Shown here: positions 34,050 to 42,906 of the stretch, one piece after another
Position numbering within the stretch: position 1 is the stretch's first letter
Layout: each line of letters begins with the position of its first letter
From: Nemertoderma westbladi
Lineage: Eukaryota > Animalia > Xenacoelomorpha
Direction of reading: 5' to 3'
Assembly: GCA_032718475.1 (NCBI GenBank)
Contig: JAUCBJ010001067.1
Location: forward strand, 1-42,906
DNA: 42,906 nt
Translations under genes and position numbers: made by a program
Notes under the pieces: model-generated
Seen by the model: only the letters and a program-made list of their open reading frames with translations
Told to the model about the DNA's origin: nothing
Databases searched by the model: none

Positions 34050-35130
34050 AATGAATACTGGAATAAGGTGATATTAATTATTGCTGTTATCGCTGTGTTG
34101 TTTGTTGCACTGGCAACAACTCTGGCATCTGGAAACACAGTGCGGACTGTTAAACCGCCACGCCACTTCAGCACTTGTCGGGTCGCCCAAACGCGATCCG
34201 TGGATTGCTGTATCTGTGTATCGCCCTGTATGCTGTAGGAAGGAGAAGGAGATTGACGCGACGGCTCTGCGTATATCTCAGTATCGCACTCTGTAGGCCT
34301 ACCGCATATGAAAGTCGCTGGAGGTACCAGTACTTACGATACGACCATCGGTTCCGCCATTCCACTTCCATGGGGTCCCGACGCCTTGCGTTCCTGCACC
34401 TCCTTCAGCATTACGAGTAAGTTGCCGATTCCGATTGAAAACCGGCAAATTTCTTACCTCAATGCAGCAATGAGAAGGACCGTATCGGTTAGTTATGGTA
34501 AACTCATTGCTGCCCTTGCTGGTATCGATTTGTGGGTGGCTGATATTCCCGGAGTTGGTAAAAATGGATTCATGGACGTTTTTATAAAGCGGAAAAACCA
34601 CTGAATGCTGGAATGCGGTTCTTTTTATATTTGAAAACGAGAGATATTTTGGACGGATTGATCTAAGTCAGAGAGAACCTGAGAACTCTTGTGCACTGAT
34701 ATCTACAGATCTACGTTCTGACGTTTCAGCACAGAGTTCTACCGACGAGAAACTCTCTCTGTATTACTGTCTCGGTTGTTATAACCAACTTTTCCGATGG
34801 CCACGACTGACAGAACGTTGCTGCGTTTCGCGTTCCCGGATTCAACCACTAAATAATGGTAATTTAAAGAAGGCCCACCTCACACCTCACCAACTCGTTC
34901 GGAGAGTGGTTGAATCCGGTTTCTGAAAATATGAGAGCCAGTTGGAGTTCTTGTCCCGTCATCTGGAACTTCATTGAGGCTCTAAAACGTACTCCAAGTC
35001 TGACTACCTGGTGGAGGAGATACAGGGATTCCCGAAGATGCCGTATACGATCTTGAAACTTAGCGATTTTACCATCAGAACGAAAAATGCGATCTCTAAA
35101 ACAGGCAGTAAATAGTCGAATCTTAAAATA
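34050..35130 (+). pseudogene. Decayed, GC-richer intronless coding-like segment with an N-terminal transmembrane anchor
   Basis: The frame from 34050 reads NEYWNKVILIIAVIAVLFVALATTLASG, followed by overlapping ORF fragments in shifting frames. Confidence 0.3.
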
Positions 35131-36328
35131 ATGGTGTATAAACATTATTTTGGTTAACTACTGGTGTGTGAACGTACATTTATTTTATTCATATGTGTTA
35201 ATCTTAATGCGTCATTAAATAAACTTCAATCTGCCTTCAAGAAAGTACGTACATCTATGGTAGATACTGTTTAATTTGTTTTTGTTATACATTTATTTTT
35301 TATGGTTAATTATACTTGTTATGTTAACTGTACAGCAATTTTATTATAGTTTAGTTTATTGTTTTGGTTAAAATAACGTGCCACTGTAACCTGCTCCTTT
35401 CCCTAAATTGAGAATTTAACATTGAGGCGGGATAGTAATTCGCCAAGATGGGTTTTGCGTCCAGTCCCCCCCCCCCCCCCCCCCCTGTCTCAAATAAAAA
35501 CCATCAATTTTATGGTCTTTATTTAATTTAAATGAATTACTCATGTTGACTCTTTGATTTCTTGTTTAATTAGTGTTAGATACTATATTTGTTATTCTGA
35601 TGTCTAAATTTGCTGATATTGAGAATTATAAATTAATAGATACATTGTGTTTTATTTCATTATTCGTATTGTTTTAGTGTGAAACGCAATTTGTATAGTA
35701 ATAAATGTTAAATAATAATTGATATATTATTTTTATTCGAAAATGAAAATTTATGAAACTCAGGCAGATCAGGATCTATATATAATGACGTATAGATAAG
35801 ACCGGTGAGATTCAGTCCGTCCATAGAAAGCAGCATATGAGATAGGAAGGCGTTCATAAAGTAGGTCACGCAAATTTTACAGATTTTTGACCCCCCACCC
35901 CACCCCCCCCCCCCCCCCCACCCTCTGTCACAAAGTGTCATGCAAGCTCGACAAAACTAATGACCTTAAACAAAAATTAGATTCATCTTGATGTTTCATT
36001 AAAAATTGGAAGAATATAACACCCGTACAGTCACCATATATTCCGAAGTCAATACAATATTATATTTTCAAATTACATGGTTGAGACGTACTAATCTTTC
36101 TAAGTGCCTCTTTAAAACTTGTTATACCCTCTAAAGCTAAGTAGTTGTACATATAAATACATTCAAAGCCCTTGCTAGAAACTTTCTAAGCTTTCAAAGT
36201 ATATGCATTAAACTTGCTATACTTAGTAGAACTACGTAGTTGCACTTAAAGATATGTTAAGTACTTACAACATACTTGGTCCACACCATTGCTAAAACTT
36301 AAAAGGCTAGCTTTGCAAATATCGCAAG

Positions 36329-39300
36329 TTATTTAAATAGGGTCAGCAGCTTTGCAATAGCTGTTTCAATGTGAGGTTTAAATACAAAGTCTTGATGGAA
36401 AGAATACAATTTATGTAGCTTAGTAACAATTAAACCTTGTTTTATATAAAATTTTAAGAGTTTTAAATGTAGATGATAAAATTCTTTATCGAATTGTGTC
36501 AACATAAGTTTTGGTTTATACATCTTATATCTACCTAGATTTCCTCTTTGTTTACCTAAATTATTAAATTGGTCTCTCATATATGGTGAAAGCATTGTTT
36601 CATTTATACTTAAATGTTCCGGGGCTAAGGGTAGTTCTAATGTACGATCATAAATATCTTTGGGATATTTCAAATCGCAAATTAAGAAAAACCCAATATC
36701 CCCTTCAGTATCAAGATTTGTTAAATACTTCATTAGTTCTTCTGGAGTAGCATCCTCTAAATGCGCAACATTGAGTTGTTTGAATTGAGAGGTGGGTAGC
36801 TTTTTACTTAAATTACCCGAATATAAGGAATTAAAATCTATATTGAAAATATGACACTCTTCCTTGCTCGTATCATAATTATCAGTTTCGGGTATATTTG
36901 ATTCTATATAATGCTTACAACAAAATGAAACCCTACCCCTAATTGATTTTTCAAAATCTCTATATGTCTGGTAATCCTTTATCAGTTCTAACTTACACTT
37001 ATTATATTTCAGAGCGCAATCATAAGTGAATGCTGCGATACTGCAATAGTAAACTACTTCTAATTCATAGTTTTGTCTACAGTTTTGTTTACTCTCCTAA
37101 AGTTCTCAAATATATCAGCGAGGAGACAAACATCGAGTTTTAAGTATGCTAAAAGATAACCTATGAAATTCGAACAGTCAAACTGACTCCGTGATGTGTT
37201 AGCAAAACTATAATCCTTGGGTGTGCAGGTATTTTGTGTTAAGTTACTAAAAAATTTGTCTATCGATGGTAATTTCGAATCATTTAATTTATTTAAATCT
37301 GTCAGGTACTCGTAGGGAAATATACCTTTTCGTTTAATTGTTGCATTGTTTAAATTCGGATAAAATTATTTCATTTGCTGTATAGTAATTGTTAGAAATG
37401 ATGTTATATCCTAGCTGTCTATATCCTTTGTTGAACAATCAACTAAATTACTTAACGAAAAAGTTAAATATGTGTCTAAGACACATAACTAGATTTTCGT
37501 TTTTTTGGTCTTTCACTGGTATATGTATACTCAGTGAAATATACCGCTCAGAGTTTTTAGGGATCACCTTTATATCCCAATCGGAATATTTATTGTTGCA
37601 AAACCCAACTTGCAAAAGAAAATGCAAATCGTAGTGATTGCAGTTATGTGCAGCGAGTATATACATGTGACGTTTCAACGATAAGGAGCGGTTACAACAA
37701 GTGGCTGCTATATAGTTACCAGTAATATGTGAGTGATGTTTGTTTTTCTCAGACTTATCCTAAAATAAAACCTTACAATTAAAACAAGTTTTAGCATTCC
37801 AAAAACTTAACTTATCTACATCATTAAGTATCATTTTTTCATGTGTATGGTCTTCTGACCACTTATATAATTGGGTAATATCATTATGTAAAGAGTCTAG
37901 AAAGTCTTGTATGCAGTTATTTTCATCCGTCTTTGTAAAGGTTTTCAAATAAAATTTTGGTAGATCGATTAATTCACTAATAGGGATAACTAAATAACTT
38001 ACGGCGCATGGAATATGATTCTGACTAAAATTACTGTTGCAGACTGGTGCCAAAATAGATTCTATGTCAAAATATATTACAAACAATGCCGGTAATGTTC
38101 TGTCTAAATTTCTAAAGCTAATGTGAGTTCTTTTTTCAGATGGTAGCTTCTCTACTTGACTCGAACCTTGATAACAAGCAAGACGGTGACGTTCTAGAAC
38201 ATCCTTACTGTAGAAATGAGTTAAACACCTTTCACAATATTTCCTATATCCAATATGCTTACCTCTTGTATTAATCAAGCGATTCGGGTTAGTTATACAA
38301 ATATAATGGTTTTGTTTACATGTATTCTTATTTTTTACAAGTAATATATTCAATAACTGTTTATCTGGAGTAATTTTACTAAATGGTGCCTGTCTTAATA
38401 TAGATACTCGATTGTTGTCATAGAGTAATAAATTGATAATATATTTTGAATTTTGTTTTTCAAAAAGTTTAATCGCTAGCTGCCATTCTGTTGGATAATC
38501 TTTATTCCCGTTGTCAAAATGAAATGTTTCATGTAATCTGTGTACTGCGAAGTATGGTTTTTGTTAATCTTTACTTTGCTACTAAATTTTGTGGCTATAA
38601 TAGCCCATTTGAAACAGTCATTATCAGCCATTTGCATATTTATAACACATTGTTTAGCCAATAGAACCTTAGGTAACTCCATATAACCGTGACCTTTATA
38701 TTCCAGTGACTTAGACTTGGATTCGTCTACTTTAATTTCCACTCTTAATAAAGATTTAACGCACCACCCTGAGCCTCGTGCTATTTTTTGTAACAAATCT
38801 TCCAGTATATACTCAAACCAAATATTGAAACTTTCATGAGAATCTACGGTATTAACTGCACCGCCTGAAGAACTAAAATAGAAAGTTTCTAATTGCTCAC
38901 CCTCTGAAAAATGTGATCGATACATGAGTATATTCACACCTAGCCAGGGTCTACATACATTCATTTCGCTAAGTTTTCCTAATAATAACGTTTGGATGTA
39001 AGGGAGAATTTTTACTATCGATGAATGAATGTCAGGAAAGTCTTCATTGGTTGGAAGATTGTAAACATAGATTTCTAAACGGTTATCGTGTGTGGCTTGT
39101 TCGACGCTAAAAATTGATGGACCTTGACTGGATTTCAGTCTTTTTCTAGATGCAACAGTATTGTTTTGAATCCGTCGTGGTGGTCTAACATGATAATAAC
39201 GTTGGTGACAGTCGTGACGTAAATAATTCTCATATAAATACTCTTTATTACAAGTAGGGCAAGTCTTTTCATACACGCAAAACTTCATTTCTTTACAACC

Positions 39301-39456
39301 CGTAGTTGATTCATGTCGTTTACAAATTTCTTCTTTAGGTGTGAAAACGTGACAATTAAAACAAGAATAAACTTCAAAATGCGACTTCAGGTGAGTTAAA
39401 TAATTTTGTTTAGAAATTTGGAGTGGACAAAATGGACATTTCAATTTTTTATCCAT
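36329..39456 (-). pseudogene. polB: Protein-primed family B DNA polymerase (N-terminal Zn fingers, endonuclease-VII-like insert), disrupted and C-terminally truncated
   Basis: RGSGW, INMQMADNDCFKWAI, CERCLTHF; ExoI YFDIES; CFNC...HSHITG; ExoII HNCNHYD; RKGIFPYEY; ExoIII YLKLDVCLLADIFENF; motif A IDFNSLY (~36820); DLKYP...LPLAPE. Confidence 0.95.
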
Positions 39457-39999
39457 ATCTTTATTATCTTAAAAACAATTTAAAATTAATATGAATATTG
39501 TTATATATAATCAAAAAATTCATAATCTATTCAACACAAATAAAATATAATATCTAAACTTTAATTGATTTAATATTTTTTTCAGAATGAGCACGATTGA
39601 ATCAGTTGAGCTCTTTATATATATATTTCAAGTTTCTACTTAGACCAATCATAAATAACTGTTACATTGGAAACTAATATCATAAATAAAGTTGCTTTTA
39701 AAACTGAATTCTTTATAATAAAATCAAGTCTAAACCAAGATGTGCATAATGCGTTTTTATTTTCATTGATAAAGTAGATTTTATATGCTAATGTTTTATT
39801 ATAATATCAGGTGTAAACCCATACATTTACATGCAAATGTTTTATACCTAATCCCATGCTCACATTAAATATAAACTATCACCAATATTTACTCAATAAA
39901 GTCACCTTTACATGCAAATACTTTACAATAATCATGTTTTGTGTTAAAAAGTTATCTTTACTAGTCAGTGTGAAACTGAAAAAAAGTCTCTAGATAATA

Positions 40000-41049
40000 A
40001 TAAATCAATCTGATACTGCTTTTACATGTTCCTTGTTGTAATCTGCTACCTCTTCACTTGCTTTTGTAACTTTTCTTTTCTTTGAAGGTATAGAATCATT
40101 GTTGGGATTGGAAGATGTTCGAGATGTAGATCTGCACTTTCTATCACTCGATGTCTCTTCGATGTATGTCTTTGGATTAAATGTGGATGAAACTGCTTCT
40201 GGAAATGGCTTATTAACCTTAACCTTCTAAGTTGGTTGATGTAGAATCGCGAAACCGTCTGCTATATCAGTTGATGAAACCTTTTCCATCATATCGTTGA
40301 GAAACTCTATATATGGTATGTCTTTATCGTAATGTAACTGCAAATATTTGCTTTCCTTTGTCTGTAATAATTACTTTTTTTTCTTGTACATTTATTTTTA
40401 CTTTAAGTCGGTCAGATAAAGCTTTATCGCTTGTATCTAGCTCTGAAAAGACACCTTCGTTACTAATTTCATAATTCCAATCATACCACAATGAATTTAC
40501 TTCCGATGCTGTTAAGTTAAACCCATTATAATACCTAAGAACTATAGCGTCAGAATATATAGCTGAAATCTCCCATAGTGCCATATAAGCCGTTCCTTTA
40601 TATTTGCTTACAAAACCAACAAAAGATGGGTTGGTTAAATTAACAACAGAATAATGATTTATTATTTCGAGTGGTGGTGATAGAAATTCTAATATTTTTG
40701 TCTTACGCTGAAGCAATAAAATATTGAGTGATTTGTTTAGAATTTGACATTTGCCTCGCTTCTGAAGATATACGTTTTCAGAAATAACGCAGGTGGAAAT
40801 ATTTAAATTTCCTCTTGTAAATTCTATATTAGGATAAATATTACCTCTTGAAACTGATGAAACCTTTTGTCGGTTGATTAATATTTCTAAGGACTCTAGA
40901 AGGTAAAGTGTATCCCGGTAAGAGAAGCATGTTGTTACATTGCTATCGCTTGAGTGTAATATAAAGTACTTGCCATAAACAATACTACAGGTATATTTAT
41001 TACATGTAAATCTCCAAGTATTGCTTGAACTTTTTTTAAATAAATCCAT
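40000..41049 (-). pseudogene. Polinton accessory protein with a PC4-like ssDNA-binding domain (likely start MDLFKK; tail disrupted)
   Basis: FVSKYKGTAYMALWE...NGFNLTASEVNSL resembles the PC4 pattern VxxFKGxxxxxIRE...GISLxxEQWxxL. A Ser/Lys-rich frame continues below 40324. Confidence 0.5.
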
Positions 41050-41492
41050 AATTAGAATGAAAACTATTTTGAAAAATAAAACTAAATAAGTGATTATTAG
41101 AATGTAAAACTTCGGTTTATATAAATTTATTGTAACATATGGTTGCTTTATTACAACAGAGTGACTTACAGTGAAGAATATAGTAGTTTCGTGTAACAGA
41201 TGCAACGTGTACGCTAAAATCATCCTTCTGGGTTAATGGTTGATTTATTACATTAGCGCGAGTTGGAGAGTGGAATAGTAGTAACATGTAACAGATGCAA
41301 CATGTACAATGCTAGTCCTATCATTCTAACTTATATTCAAACTTAGTTGACCAGTCACATATATACAATGATAAAAGAAATCGATTATTATTAATAGTCG
41401 AATTAATGTATTCTATGCTATAGAAATCATGTTAAGGAACTAGAAGCTATTTATAAACATCTGCTACCAGTGTTGAAGATGAGGAATTCAAC

Positions 41493-42011
41493 GGCTACGG
41501 TATAACACGGATATTTGTCACCTTTTGCTCTCGAGGTTGGATGGAAGAGTGAGTGGTGAATTGTTGCGAATCATGACGGTCCCATGTTCGATCCCGGTTG
41601 AATATTTTGTTATCTGAAAAATTGCGAAATGAAATTTAGTTACTGGTGAAAAATTATGGGTAGAAAGACACCTGAAATAAAAGATATGAAAATACTGGTT
41701 GGTGAAAAATAGTAGAAGTTACCTGACGCTAAGTGTAGACACCCGAGCACCTGTAAAATAAAGGCTCACGATTGGAGGAAGGAGTAGAGAGGAAGTTCGT
41801 TGGGTGACTAATAACGCCTCTAGCGGAATAAGCGGGAACTTAAGAAGTTACCATGGTTATGTTTGAAATGCTGGCATCTGATTGGATGAAATAATAACGA
41901 CCACTGGTAACGGTTGAAATGGTGGCTTCTGATTGGAGGAAAGAGTAGAAATGGATGGTAATGCTGGGCTATGGGTGACCTTGATGCCGTGTCATAGCTT
42001 CTTATACTACT
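41493..42011 (-). repeat. Right terminal inverted repeat (519 bp)
   Basis: Reverse complement of the left TIR segments; ends ACTACT. Confidence 0.95.
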
Positions 42012-42445
42012 GACCTATGTATTTATATACTATTAACAATAATTCTGTTAAAACAATATTTTTATTTAACCTAAATATAGTATTATAATATAATTAACTA
42101 TAATACTTAATCGACAGTCCATAGCAGATGAGTTTGCCAGAATGCCAGACGAACTAAACAGCATAAGCGAAAATAATACGAAACAGGAACATAGATGTAT
42201 TTATATACTATTAACAATAATTCTGTTATAACAATATTTTTATTTAAACTAAAAATATTATTATAATATAATTAAGTATAATAGGCCTACTTAATCAACA
42301 ATCCATAGCAGATGGGTTTGCCAGAATGCCAGACGAACTAACCAGCATAAGCGAAAATAATACGAAACAGGAACATAGATGTATTTATATTCTATTAACA
42401 ATTAGTTCTGCTAACAATCTTTTTTAAAATACAATTCTTAATCAA
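42012..42445. repeat. ~184-bp tandem repeat that served as the Polinton target; the split unit begins at ~24820-24939
   Basis: gtttgccagaatgcca...taatacgaaacaggaa occurs at 24869, 42132 and 42317. Confidence 0.85.
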
Positions 42446-42906
42446 CAACAACAACAATAGGAATCTCAAATAGGCCCCTATATGACATTAAAGAGTTCTC
42501 CTCAAGATTCACTTGACAGGTCGACATGCTCAGGATCTAAATCGACAACAGTGGCGGCATCTGTGAGCTTTGTCCTTAACCTAACAGGCACGTGTTTAAG
42601 CCAGTCCTTTATTTTATTAAGCCAGTCCTTTTTTAGGGAAGGCAGGAATCAAATCACAGAATAGTGAATAAAATGTAACTGCAGAACTGAATGAAGAATG
42701 TATTGTTTGATATATTATATTGTAGTCTCCACTGGGCAAGTCCACACAAGCCTATTTGAGGACGTTGCTTAATCGTTCAAACAACGTGATTGCAACATGA
42801 TGAAGGAAAGTTTGACGTTAAATAAACGTTGAATACCTTAACGTTGCCTAAAAGTGACAAATAACATTTATTCAACGTCCATTTTTAGTTATTAGCATTA
42901 CGGTAA

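Larger units (their letters stand above)
24940..42011. mobile_element. Polinton/Maverick (adintovirus-like) element, 17.1 kb, decayed and internally rearranged
   Basis: AGTAGT...ACTACT termini and long TIRs. 6-bp TSD GACCTA (24934-24939 and 42012-42017). ATPase, integrase, penton and pPolB genes are present. Confidence 0.96.

Noticed and set aside
42482-42690. Possible minus-strand exon remnant (IKDWLKHVPVRL)
   Set aside because: Too short and interrupted by stops to support a call without a database search.

Overview
AT-rich eukaryotic DNA, probably from an invertebrate animal, made mostly of nested mobile elements. One likely host gene: a secreted or GPI-anchored Cys-rich Ly6/uPAR-like ORF (3385-4053, minus). 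Two large, precisely bounded elements dominate. (1) A young BEL/Pao LTR retrotransposon (5554-18190; ~1.25-kb near-identical TG...CA LTRs; GCCTG target-site duplication) inserted into a decayed RTE-like LINE. It is non-autonomous: gag-protease is kept while RT, most of RNase H and the integrase core are deleted in frame. It has no tRNA-type primer-binding site, and its 3-kb 3' module carries structured RNA-like elements plus an extra multi-zinc-knuckle ORF with a basic tail. This is my best candidate for an undescribed system. (2) A decayed Polinton/Maverick (24940-42011; AGTAGT...ACTACT termini; GACCTA 6-bp TSD). It carries RING-like, packaging ATPase, adenovirus-pX-like, integrase, two tandem penton-like, pPolB and PC4-like genes. 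Its centre (major capsid, protease, pPolB C-terminus) is replaced by piggyBac-like and host-like DNA. The rest is Penelope, RTE, CRE and Helentron-like relics, a 1.85-kb 20-bp minisatellite and smaller repeats. All family assignments come from motif recognition by eye; no searches were run.
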